Virus record (IMG/VR): IMGVR_UViG_3300002460_000027
DNA: 64,000 nucleotides
Source of the DNA: a virus
Reading direction: 5' to 3' (one strand)
Shown: in pieces, positions 8,099 to 16,247 of the stretch
Layout of the letters: the number at the start of each line of letters is the position of its first letter
How positions within the stretch are numbered: the first letter of the stretch is position 1
Made by a program: the position numbers and the translations under genes
Notes under the pieces: model-generated
Told to the model about the DNA's origin: nothing
What the model saw: the letters and a program-made list of their open reading frames with translations, nothing else
Databases searched by the model: none

Positions 8099-9230
8099 GC
8101 CGCACCACCTGAGCCCCAGCCGGGACGGGCTCCCCAGCTCCGACCACCCACAGGTCAGCCTCAGCCCCCACCGGCCATCCGTCAGCCGTGCCCCCGTCTG
8201 TCAGCCACACTGTTTGCTTGTCAGGATCGCGGTGCTCGCCAGCCGCCCGGATGAGGGTGCCGCCGCCCGCCGACCGGCACATGGCCAGGACTGCCCCCAC
8301 GTCCGAGGCGTCCACGGGCTCCCGACACAGGTGGTCGAACACCACCACGTCCGAGCTGGCTAGCTCAGGGGTCGAGCACACCGCCGCTAAGAGTTGCCCC
8401 AACAGCTCGTCCCCAATGCTTCCCGAGGCGTCCAGCATGAACCGGGCTGCGCGGGCTTCCCCACGGGCCGAGCCCGGCAGGAGGTCCGGGTTGACGCGGT
8501 GTGCCCGCCGCCAAGACCGCAACCGCTCCTCTCTGGCCACGACCCGCGTCACCAACCAGTCCAGCACCTCTTGTATCCACGGGGGGCATGCGGGGAGCGT
8601 AGGAGTTGGCCGCATCCCGTTCCCGTTTGGCCCAGCGTCTCCCAGCACCGCCCGCCCCACCGCCGAGGCTTTCATCCGGCTGGCCAACGTGGAATCGGCC
8701 AAGGAATGGCCAGCAGCCCCGCATGTATGCCCTTGGAACGGTTTGGCTTCCTTCACAATGATGTCATAGAGGCGCTCAGACGGCATTAGCGTCAGAGGGC
8801 GTTTGAGACTCTTGGAAAGACGTTCGTAGGTTACAGACTCCCAGTCACATTCCCGATCTACTACTTCCCAGTCAGACTCTTTGAGCCCATGAATATTGGC
8901 GTCGGTCGCAATGTTCCACGCCAAGACTGGATTTTGGCCACTGGGGTCTGTCAGCACGACGTTTCGATCACCGTGCCGAGCCCAGCATCCGTGGGCCACG
9001 TGGCTGGCTTCGTGGCGCAGGATTTCTACACGAGCGGCGTGCGGCGCTCGCTCCCAGAGCTTCCCGAGCAGGAGCGTCAGCCGCCCATCCTCCAACAGAC
9101 TCCCGACTGTCGGCACCTCAGGCGCGTGGCGTACCTCGTCGACGAGAGCGAGGAAGTTTGTCACGTCGGGCGGCCACGGAGAGGCATCGGGTAGAGCAAC
9201 TGTCCAGTCTACAACGGCAGCAGGGTTCAC
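8091..9230 (-). CDS. HEXXH metallopeptidase-like domain + vWA domain protein (DUF2201-type)
   Basis: ILRHEASHVAHG, WNIATDANI, MLDASGSI (MIDAS), GGGT, WLTDG; SD GGGAGG before GTG. Confidence 0.8.
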   Translation of the reverse strand: MNPAAVVDWTVALPDASPWPPDVTNFLALVDEVRHAPEVPTVGSLLEDGRLTLLLGKLWERAPHAARVEILRHEASHVAHGCWARHGDRNVVLTDPSGQNPVLAWNIATDANIHGLKESDWEVVDRECDWESVTYERLSKSLKRPLTLMPSERLYDIIVKEAKPFQGHTCGAAGHSLADSTLASRMKASAVGRAVLGDAGPNGNGMRPTPTLPACPPWIQEVLDWLVTRVVAREERLRSWRRAHRVNPDLLPGSARGEARAARFMLDASGSIGDELLGQLLAAVCSTPELASSDVVVFDHLCREPVDASDVGAVLAMCRSAGGGTLIRAAGEHRDPDKQTVWLTDGGTADGWPVGAEADLWVVGAGEPVPAGAQVVRRA

Positions 9231-9336
9231 TGTGTACCTCCCTAAAGACCGCTAAGTCGTGAATGCCAGGGTATACACACACGTGTCCACACACCGAGAC
9301 AAACAGGTAATCTGTTATCGGCTTTTCTTTAGCCAC
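9118..9336 (-). CDS. 72-aa CGHVC...CCRC micro-protein
   Basis: MAKEKPITDYLFVSVCGHVCVYPG...EPCCRCRLDSC; overlaps the start of the vWA gene. Confidence 0.65.
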   Translation of the reverse strand: MAKEKPITDYLFVSVCGHVCVYPGIHDLAVFREVHSEPCCRCRLDSCSTRCLSVAARRDKLPRSRRRGTPRA

Positions 9337-9506
9337 GTCTGGACCCCATGCTCAGACACTCTCTGTCGTGGGTGGGAAGACTAGGATCAGTATCACACCG
9401 GCAACACTCAACATACTTTCCGTTCCCGGCCAAACTGTATTGGCCTACCCAGACACAGATATGTCCACACCGCCTTACTTGGACCCAGAGCTTTTCTTTA
9501 GCCACG
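9321..9506. repeat. 17-bp direct repeat GCTTTTCTTTAGCCACG at 9321-9337 and 9490-9506
   Basis: Seen directly; each copy encodes the MAKEK start of a micro-protein. Confidence 0.85.
9329..9505 (-). CDS. 58-aa CGHIC...CCRC micro-protein (not in the supplied ORF track)
   Basis: Hand translation from GTG 9505: MAKEKLWVQVRRCGHICVWVGQYSLAGNGKYVECCRCDTDPSLPTHDRECLSMGSRRG. Confidence 0.7.
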   Translation of the reverse strand: MAKEKLWVQVRRCGHICVWVGQYSLAGNGKYVECCRCDTDPSLPTHDRECLSMGSRRG

Positions 9507-10488
9507 CCCGAATCTCCTTCATGGCCGCGTCCCGCTTCTCCGGGGCTCCGATGCCCTCGAACACGACTGGGTTGCCAAACACCGCCTCATACGCTCGCTG
9601 CCACTCGCCCGAGGTGTCCTCGTTGACGCGGTTGACAATCGTTTGGAGCGCTAGTCGCTTGGGCTCAGGCCCAGGCCCGGTCAGCACGTCGATGGCTGAC
9701 TCCACAAACTGGCGTGGGGTGCAGGACGTGGCCCACTCTTCAGGGCTCACCGTCACCCGATGCTGGGCCAGCCTGGACAGCACCACGTCCCGCATGGCCG
9801 TGTCACACAGCCCTTGAATGACGAGGGTGCGGACGACCTCTCGCTCCTGTCCCCAGAAGTCGGCATCCTCGACCCACGGCGTCAGGCGATGAGCGGCCCG
9901 TGGGGAGCGTTCCCGCTCCGGCAACCGAATGGGCGGCGGGGCGTCGTAGAGCCCGTCCCAGAGCCACGTGTTCCGCTTGAGGTCGTCCCGTTCGAGGATG
10001 CGCGTATCCGGCCCCGGGTAGGGGAGCAGCAGCAGCCGGGAGAGCAGCTCGGGCCGCAGGGGGCGCTTGGGCTCGTTCATGGCCGCCACGAGCGCGACCG
10101 TAGGGTGGAGCGTTGTGAAGCGTATTCTCCGCTCCTCAAGGAGCGAGAGCAGCCCAGACTGGTTGTCCTCTCGGGCCTTGTCCAACTCATCGATCACCAG
10201 TGCCCACCCACCCCTGCCTATCAGCTCCGGCGGGATCATGCTGGGTTGGGTAAAGCGCAGGAAGCCCTCGCTATCCTTGAACGGGTGACCCCCTTCATCT
10301 TCGGGCAGGTCAACTTGCGGGTTGTAGAACACTACGGGGTCATATCCAGCCCCGCGCAGCACCATTCCGATTGAGCGCGTCTTTCCCCACCCAGTCGGCC
10401 CGACGAGACAGGGGACACCCCGAACCGGGTCCTTTGAGGCTTTCACGATGATCCACTCGATGCCGGCTCCGATCCCTGCGTTTGCCAT
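9475..10488 (-). CDS. MoxR/dynein-related AAA+ ATPase
   Basis: LVGPTGWGKT Walker A, LVIDELDKA Walker B, VAAMN sensor I, LLSR; TAATG coupling at 10488. Confidence 0.8.
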   Translation of the reverse strand: MANAGIGAGIEWIIVKASKDPVRGVPCLVGPTGWGKTRSIGMVLRGAGYDPVVFYNPQVDLPEDEGGHPFKDSEGFLRFTQPSMIPPELIGRGGWALVIDELDKAREDNQSGLLSLLEERRIRFTTLHPTVALVAAMNEPKRPLRPELLSRLLLLPYPGPDTRILERDDLKRNTWLWDGLYDAPPPIRLPERERSPRAAHRLTPWVEDADFWGQEREVVRTLVIQGLCDTAMRDVVLSRLAQHRVTVSPEEWATSCTPRQFVESAIDVLTGPGPEPKRLALQTIVNRVNEDTSGEWQRAYEAVFGNPVVFEGIGAPEKRDAAMKEIRAWLKKSSGSK

Positions 10489-10775
10489 TAGTGGGCCTCC
10501 AACCATGCGTTGATGAGAGGAAGGGCTTTCTTTCGCTCGGTTGTCCTATCGGAGCCCAGCGCAGCCACAATTTCGTCAGTGTCAAACACGAAGTTGTATG
10601 CGGTGGGCCACCCCGTTCGCCCAAAGTGCTGATCCACGCTCACCCGCTCGATGATTACTCGCAAAGCGTTCCTCGTGTCGTTTGGGTCGGCCCGCTCCAA
10701 CTTGTCCAGCACCGTGGCCACAAACTCCTTTGGCGTGCAGCGTGTTGCCCAGTTGACGAGTTCAGAGTTTGCCAT
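10488..10775 (-). CDS. 95-aa stand-alone paralogue of the AAA+ ATPase C-terminal domain
   Basis: WATRCTPKEFV...RNALRVIIERV...WPTAYNFVF...INAWL aligns with the ATPase tail. Confidence 0.75.
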   Translation of the reverse strand: MANSELVNWATRCTPKEFVATVLDKLERADPNDTRNALRVIIERVSVDQHFGRTGWPTAYNFVFDTDEIVAALGSDRTTERKKALPLINAWLEAH

Positions 10776-10818
10776 CGCTCCCCCTGTGTGGTATACTACA
10801 CTTGTCGGAGTCTGACCG

Positions 10819-11094
10819 CTAGCGGTCCTGCACACCCCCACCCGCGCGTTCCTCCAACACTTTGATCTCCGTCTCCATCCCCACCGCTACCTCATCCAGG
10901 GTGCGCGTGATCGCGTCCCTCGGCCCCCCGGGCGGTTGCCGGAGCCGGGCCCAGTCGTGCCGGAGGGCCAGCAGCTCCCGCAGCAGGTAGCGGAGCACGT
11001 CGGTTGGCGGTTCTGAGTGTCCCTGCACCCGGCACGTCACAGGACACCGATCCAGCGTAGGGTAAGCAGCGTCGTGACCCCCCACAACATCCAC
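10819..11094 (-). CDS. hypothetical protein
   Basis: Co-oriented ORF in the small early-gene array. Confidence 0.4.
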   Translation of the reverse strand: MDVVGGHDAAYPTLDRCPVTCRVQGHSEPPTDVLRYLLRELLALRHDWARLRQPPGGPRDAITRTLDEVAVGMETEIKVLEERAGGGVQDR

Positions 11095-11103
11095 TCGGTC
11101 AGA

Positions 11104-11316
11104 CTAGGCTTCGTCATGGTCTTTCTCCAACAGCGGATGCTTTCCAGTCTTATCAAACAGCCGGTGAGCTGCTTGGACTTTCCTGAGTGCCGCCTGATAG
11201 CACCCCTTCCGTGGAAGATTCGCCAAGTGTCCACTCTCAGACTCGATAAGGTACTGGAAGAGCGTTACGACTGACAACTGGTTACGCTTCACGTCTTGCA
11301 TGCGGATCTTACTCAT
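11104..11316 (-). CDS. hypothetical protein
   Basis: ATGA-coupled small ORF. Confidence 0.5.
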   Translation of the reverse strand: MSKIRMQDVKRNQLSVVTLFQYLIESESGHLANLPRKGCYQAALRKVQAAHRLFDKTGKHPLLEKDHDEA

Positions 11317-11521
11317 GTCGCACCGTCTCTTTCATGGCTTGCCTGAGCTGTTGCACCTCAGCCCGAAGTTGTGCCCGTTCGAGGATCAACCTGAGCATAT
11401 ACACCCGTGTCGAGCAGCGGTCAAGCGTTTCTTTGTCCATGTCAGCCTCCCAAGAGCCCCAACACAATCGACCATGTGGCGATGGCAGCGCTCAGGGCGG
11501 CGATGGCAAGGATGTCTTGGG

Positions 11522-11872
11522 TCATGTCGTCTCTCCTGACAATTCGTTTTCAATTGAGGTTAACCCATCAGCCAATGCTGTTAGCATTACCTCATTGGCT
11601 GTACCATATCCCTTGTTGGCATCTACAATGGCCACAATCCTATTGTAAAGAGATTTCCCTACTTGATTATTTGTGACAATTGTAAACCGCTTTATACCAT
11701 CTCCCCCCTTGCCTTTGGCGGTTGGCATTTCAGGTTTGCTCGGGCCAAGTTCACGATTGGTTGCCGCTTTCGCGGTGGCAGGCTTTGGTTTAGGGGTCGG
11801 GACACGGGGGATCTTCTCTGGGACTAGTCGCGTCCATCCCCCAGACGGTGGATACTTGCCGGTTGATGACAT
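11522..11872 (-). CDS. hypothetical protein, Pro/Lys-rich N-terminus
   Basis: Coupled to neighbours; lower GC. Confidence 0.55.
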   Translation of the reverse strand: MSSTGKYPPSGGWTRLVPEKIPRVPTPKPKPATAKAATNRELGPSKPEMPTAKGKGGDGIKRFTIVTNNQVGKSLYNRIVAIVDANKGYGTANEVMLTALADGLTSIENELSGETT

Positions 11873-11874
11873 GG

Positions 11875-12159
11875 TTAAACGCGGACCTTGGTGAGGGCGG
11901 CGCGGGCTTCGTCCACATGGTTCGCCATTGCGAGCAACGCTCCTGCGCCCAGCTTGCCATCACGCTGCCACTTCTCAACCCATGCTGTCATTGTTTCCAG
12001 CGCTGCCAGCAGGTCCGGCGCGGCGGCAATGAGGGGGGCGTTGGCTCTGAGTTCTCCGGTTTCATCCACCGCCTCGGCAATCAGAGAGTCTCGGGCCATG
12101 ATCCAAGCACTCTTTCCGTCTATCAACACGGTCCACGGTCCCGGCGTGTGGGCGGTCAT
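11875..12159 (-). CDS. phage hypothetical protein (HTPGPW...LIAAAPDLLAALE family)
   Basis: Recognisable motif common in phage early regions; start MTAHTPGPW. Confidence 0.65.
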   Translation of the reverse strand: MTAHTPGPWTVLIDGKSAWIMARDSLIAEAVDETGELRANAPLIAAAPDLLAALETMTAWVEKWQRDGKLGAGALLAMANHVDEARAALTKVRV

Positions 12160-12422
12160 GCCGTCCCCCCCCTCGCCTTGGCGATGGCGGCGCGGGCCTT
12201 GAGGTAAGCTACGAACCCATCTCCGTGTTGATTCCATTCTGGTGTATCGCCAGCCCGTTCAGCCAAGTCATGCAACACAGTTTCTGCCCCTTCCAGCGCC
12301 GCCAGCAGGTCCGCGTTGATGGCCTTGAGGCGGTCATATCCGGCACGGCCCCAACACTTCGGACAGGCCCCAATGCCGAAACAGTATCTACAGCCATAGG
12401 TTTCCGGCGTGTGGGCGGTCAT
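12156..12422 (-). CDS. hypothetical protein partly paralogous to the downstream gene
   Basis: MTAHTP start, CxxCxGxGxCxxC, ADLLAALE, ARAAIAKA. Confidence 0.6.
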   Translation of the reverse strand: MTAHTPETYGCRYCFGIGACPKCWGRAGYDRLKAINADLLAALEGAETVLHDLAERAGDTPEWNQHGDGFVAYLKARAAIAKARGGTA

Positions 12423-12628
12423 GGCGTCACCTCCACCCCGCACGCAGCGAGGAACCGGGCACGGTCGAAGTTGGGGTTGAAGTTAGCACATGTCGCGCTG
12501 ATCCTAGTGGCGGTCTGGTTGATAACCGCCCGAGCGTAGGCCCGCCCATCAGGGTTGTCAATCAGTCTCACATCCTCCCGCGCTTGCCTGATTGCCGCTG
12601 CCAGCGCCTCAAAGTGCTTCTTAGTCAT
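12419..12628 (-). CDS. phage hypothetical protein (MTKKHFEALA...NPNFDRARFLAACG family)
   Basis: Recognisable phage motif; GAGGTG SD. Confidence 0.7.
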   Translation of the reverse strand: MTKKHFEALAAAIRQAREDVRLIDNPDGRAYARAVINQTATRISATCANFNPNFDRARFLAACGVEVTP

Positions 12629-12943
12629 GGCGTCACCTCTCTCGGTTTGGGTGATCGGCTCGCACGCCCCGTTAGGCATGCACGTCTGATGCCACACCCG
12701 CCCCTCACACAATCACGCACTTAGCCCACGTTGCCGCGCTGCGTGGGGACACAAAGCCCGGCCCTGAACTGCCGTTCACCAGGACAAGTTGTCCAAGATG
12801 CGCAAGTGTGCGGTAGGATTGATACCCGTGGGGGGTGTACCTAGGCACCACGCCGCCCGGGTCCTGCTCTTAGTGTAAGGGCTATAAAGGTGTACGGTAT
12901 GTGACGTGAGGTAAACAATTATGGACCCACTCCTCGCCACCCC

Positions 12944-13001
12944 GTGTCAGCCACGTGACGCCTACCGGCAGGGTGTCACCACGCTGACGCCTGCCGGCCG
13001 G
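12944..13001. repeat. imperfect tandem 29-bp duplication in the divergent intergenic region
   Basis: gtgtcagccacgtgacgcctaccggcagg / gtgtcaccacgctgacgcctgccggccgg. Confidence 0.65.
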
Positions 13002-13233
13002 GGCTCGCAGGCTGTATCGCTCGGCCACGGAGCTGCGCTCCGGGCCTCGCTCAGCTTGGCACGAGACTTGCATTAGCACACACCATGCCAACGCTCGGCA
13101 CGCTGGGCCACCCCCCCCCCAGGGCCGGTACGGATGGAAAGGGCCGGGCTGTGCTTATACCCCGCCCCACATACTCTACCTTTCTCCTTCTCCCACTCCA
13201 TGGCTGTGGTAAAAACTACACACGTGCGAGCCC

Positions 13234-13262
13234 TTGACACGGTGCAAAGAACGTGCCATAAT
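13234..13262 (+). promoter_or_regulatory. sigma70-type promoter for the morphogenesis arm; probably leaderless
   Basis: TTGACA(13234-39)-17 bp-CATAAT(13257-62); ATG 7 nt downstream at 13270. Confidence 0.75.
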
Positions 13263-13269
13263 GGGGTCC

Positions 13270-13740
13270 ATGCAGATCCCGTTCATTGACACTTTTAGAC
13301 ACCGGGGTGGCGCGCCGCGCAAGTTGAAGCCGGCCCAGGTCGAGGAGGTCATCAAGCTCACGGCGTCCGGCGTGGATTGTCGCGCAGTTGGGCGCGTGTT
13401 CGACGTCAGCCACCAGACGGTTCGGAACTACCTCAAGTCCCCGGAGGCCCAGGAGAAGCTCCACCTGCTTCGGGAAGCCATCAAGCAGACGATCATGGAG
13501 CGGACGGCTGACGAGCTGATCGGCGGGGCGGCGAACGTCGCGCGTGCGAAGATCGACGACAACGATGCCAAGGGGTTGGACGCCGCTACCCGGGCCATCC
13601 TCAACCTGGAGAAGGCGTCGGCGTCGGCGGCAGGGGAGAACCGGAAGATGGAGGTCACGGGCCCTGCGGGAGCCCCGCTCCAGATCGACGTCCGGGCCCT
13701 CATCGGGCAGATCCTGGCCCATCACACGGAAGGGGGATAG
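13270..13740 (+). CDS. terS: terminase small subunit (HTH)
   Basis: HTH-like VGRVFDVSHQTVRNYL; C-terminal EVTGPAGAPLQ; first gene of the packaging arm. Confidence 0.65.
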   Translation: MQIPFIDTFRHRGGAPRKLKPAQVEEVIKLTASGVDCRAVGRVFDVSHQTVRNYLKSPEAQEKLHLLREAIKQTIMERTADELIGGAANVARAKIDDNDAKGLDAATRAILNLEKASASAAGENRKMEVTGPAGAPLQIDVRALIGQILAHHTEGG

Positions 13741-13871
13741 ATGAAACGTTCGGTTCCGTGGAACCAGTCTACGTGGAAACTTTCTGGCCGATATGGGAGT
13801 CGTGGAAAGCGCTGGGAAAGAGTAGCCAAGCGTGAAGCCATTCGGGATGTAGGCTGGTCCATCGAGCGGAT

Positions 13872-14087
13872 GTGCCTAGCACTCAGGACCAGCAATTAGC
13901 TGTGTGGCTCCATCTCACGTGGCCGTGGTTATGCCGGGTGGGACTTCACGAGTGGGAGATCAGGGTCCGGTTCGTGAACCGCCGCATGGTAGAGGACAGG
14001 GTATACCACTGTGCAGCCTGTGACAAGGTGAAACCCTACCGTGCCCACTGTAGGGGGGAAAATGAGCGCACCAGAAGAAACGGCTGA
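13872..14087 (+). CDS. small Cys/His hypothetical protein
   Basis: CRVGLHEW...HCAACD. Confidence 0.45.
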   Translation: MPSTQDQQLAVWLHLTWPWLCRVGLHEWEIRVRFVNRRMVEDRVYHCAACDKVKPYRAHCRGENERTRRNG

Positions 14088-14239
14088 AGACGTTTTACTC
14101 CGAGTACGTAAAATCCTCAAAGTCCCAGAGGCTGCATCTATTACTGAGTGGGCAGAGATGCTTATAGAACTCTTTGACCCAATTCTTCTCTATCACATGC
14201 GGCAAGACGTGCAGCGACATCCGGTGCCATCTGTTTGGT

Positions 14240-14956
14240 ATGCCAACCATCCTGACCCGCGCTGAAGCCGCCTCGCTCCAGGCTACCCTCGACCGGATCA
14301 CCCCGGCTGAGGCGCTGGCCCTCGCGCAGGCCCAGTGTGCAGCCGACGGCTGGTTCTGGCTTCAGTACGTGCAGACCAGGGACGAGGCCGACCCCGAGGT
14401 GCCCGTGAAGATGTTTCCGCGCCACTTGAGCTACATCCGGGGGCTCTGGGACGTGCTGACGAACAAGCCCCGGGTCGTCGTCGCCAAGTCCCGGCAGATG
14501 ATGGTCTCGTGGGAGGTCGTGGCCTTCTGCGTCTGGTGGGCCCGGTTCAAGCCCAACCAGGTCATCCTCTGGCAGACGAAAGCCTGGGAGGACGCCGTGC
14601 GGATGGTGGCCATGCCGGAAGGCGGGTTCGAGGGGCGGGCCCAGTTCATCGAGTCCCACCTGCCGGACTGGCTGCGGCTGCCGGCCAAGATCTCGGAGGG
14701 CCGCATCCAGTACCCGAACGGCAGCATGATCCAGGCCCTCGCCGGGGGCGCAGACAAGGTACGCGGGCTGGTGCCGTCCGTGTTCGTCGGGGACGAGTTT
14801 GCACACCAGGAGGAGCAGGACGGGGTGTACACCGCCGTCGCCCCCCTGATGCAGAAGGGGGCGAAGGTCGTCTTCGTGAGCACGCCTAACGGAGCTTCCA
14901 ACGTGTTCGCCACGCTCTACCACGGCCGGCCGGTGGGGACAGACCCGACGATATGA
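14240..14956 (+). CDS. terL: terminase large subunit, ATPase domain
   Basis: VVAKSRQMMVSW, VRG, VFVGDEFAH Walker B, VFVSTPNG coupling motif. Confidence 0.85.
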   Translation: MPTILTRAEAASLQATLDRITPAEALALAQAQCAADGWFWLQYVQTRDEADPEVPVKMFPRHLSYIRGLWDVLTNKPRVVVAKSRQMMVSWEVVAFCVWWARFKPNQVILWQTKAWEDAVRMVAMPEGGFEGRAQFIESHLPDWLRLPAKISEGRIQYPNGSMIQALAGGADKVRGLVPSVFVGDEFAHQEEQDGVYTAVAPLMQKGAKVVFVSTPNGASNVFATLYHGRPVGTDPTI

Positions 14957-15846
14957 ACGGCTTTACCGTCTCCGAGAACGCGATGGGGTTCACCGCCGTC
15001 CGGCTGCACTACAGCGCCGACCCCGCCAAGTCTCAGGACAACGAGGACGGAGCCAAGTGGCTGGAGAACGCCCGTCGGTTGTTCCCCGACGAGAACCGCT
15101 GGAACCAGGAGATGGAGCTGTCCTTCTGGATCGCGGCAGGCCAGCGGGTCTACCCCGAGTTCCGGGAGACGCTTCACTGTGACGCCCTGGAACACCGAGC
15201 CCGGAAGGTCATCTATCGGGCATGGGACTTCGGGTGGCATGCTCCTGCGTGTCTCGTTGCTCAGATCGACACCAAGGACCGCTTGCTGGTCCTGCGCGAG
15301 GTAGTGGGGCATGAGCAAACCACCCGCCAGTTCGCCGAGTCTGTGCTGGAACGCTGCGCCGGGTGGTATCCCCAGCACGCGGCAGGCTTCCAGGACTTCT
15401 GTGACCCGGCCGGGCAGCAGCGGAACTCAACCGCTGAGGCCAGCGAGATCCGAGACGTGGAGATCCTGAACACCCTCGGCATCTACCCACGCTGGGACTA
15501 CGGCTGGTCTCGCAAAGACGGCCGGAGCCTCGTACATCAACTGCTGGTCCAGCGGATAGACGGGACGCCCTCGATGCTCATGGACGGGTCGAAGTCGCCC
15601 ATCTTGCTCCAAGGCTTCCTCGGCAAGTACGTCTACCCGCCCCGCAAGGACGGCCGGGCGCATGATGAGCCGGACGAAGGCAACCACCCGTGGGCAGACG
15701 CGCAGGCGTGCTTGCGCTACCTCGCCACGGGGCTCTACTCGGCACTCGGGTTGCGGCGAGAGTTCGCCCGCCCCGTGCCCGAGCGAGAATTGGACTATCA
15801 CGGCTATGGCAGCCCCCTACAGGGGAAGAAAGCGGTGTCTCGATGA
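14953..15846 (+). CDS. terL: terminase large subunit, RNase H-fold nuclease domain
   Basis: RLHYSADP, RAWDFGWHAPA, FCDPAG, HPWADAQACLRY; ATGA overlap with the ATPase ORF. Confidence 0.85.
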   Translation: MNGFTVSENAMGFTAVRLHYSADPAKSQDNEDGAKWLENARRLFPDENRWNQEMELSFWIAAGQRVYPEFRETLHCDALEHRARKVIYRAWDFGWHAPACLVAQIDTKDRLLVLREVVGHEQTTRQFAESVLERCAGWYPQHAAGFQDFCDPAGQQRNSTAEASEIRDVEILNTLGIYPRWDYGWSRKDGRSLVHQLLVQRIDGTPSMLMDGSKSPILLQGFLGKYVYPPRKDGRAHDEPDEGNHPWADAQACLRYLATGLYSALGLRREFARPVPERELDYHGYGSPLQGKKAVSR

Positions 15847-16247
15847 AAGCGTTTCTCGGTCTCGCCCTTGTGCTCGCTCTCGTACTGGCTCCCTACGAGG
15901 TCGTGTTTGTCGCCCCCAACGCCGCCGTCTCGTTCCCGTACAAGTCGCTGAGTGACGCGGCCAAGGATGCGGACGGGGTTGCTCCTGGGACCTGTGCCGG
16001 AGAATACGGTGCGCTCATGTCCGTCGAGATCCCCATCCGGTACTTCGTCCTCTACATCGGAGACGGCAAGTTGCTGGTGGGGGAGTGGGCCAACGCCGAA
16101 ACGTTCAACAAGCGCCCGCCCGCGTTCCTCTGGATTGGCACCATAGACAAGGACGGCGGGATCGTCATGCAGAGCCGGGAGCCCTTTGACCCGGCCAAAC
16201 ACGGCGACGGCCCGTGCCGGCTCCTCTACCCGGAACGCTACATCTGA
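15843..16247 (+). CDS. hypothetical protein with signal peptide/TM
   Basis: MKAFLGLALVLALVLA N-terminus; ATGA coupling. Confidence 0.6.
   Translation: MKAFLGLALVLALVLAPYEVVFVAPNAAVSFPYKSLSDAAKDADGVAPGTCAGEYGALMSVEIPIRYFVLYIGDGKLLVGEWANAETFNKRPPAFLWIGTIDKDGGIVMQSREPFDPAKHGDGPCRLLYPERYI

Noticed and set aside
3911-9505. Diversity-generating retroelement driving micro-protein variation
   Set aside because: No reverse transcriptase or template/variable repeat pair; the differences are not adenine-specific.
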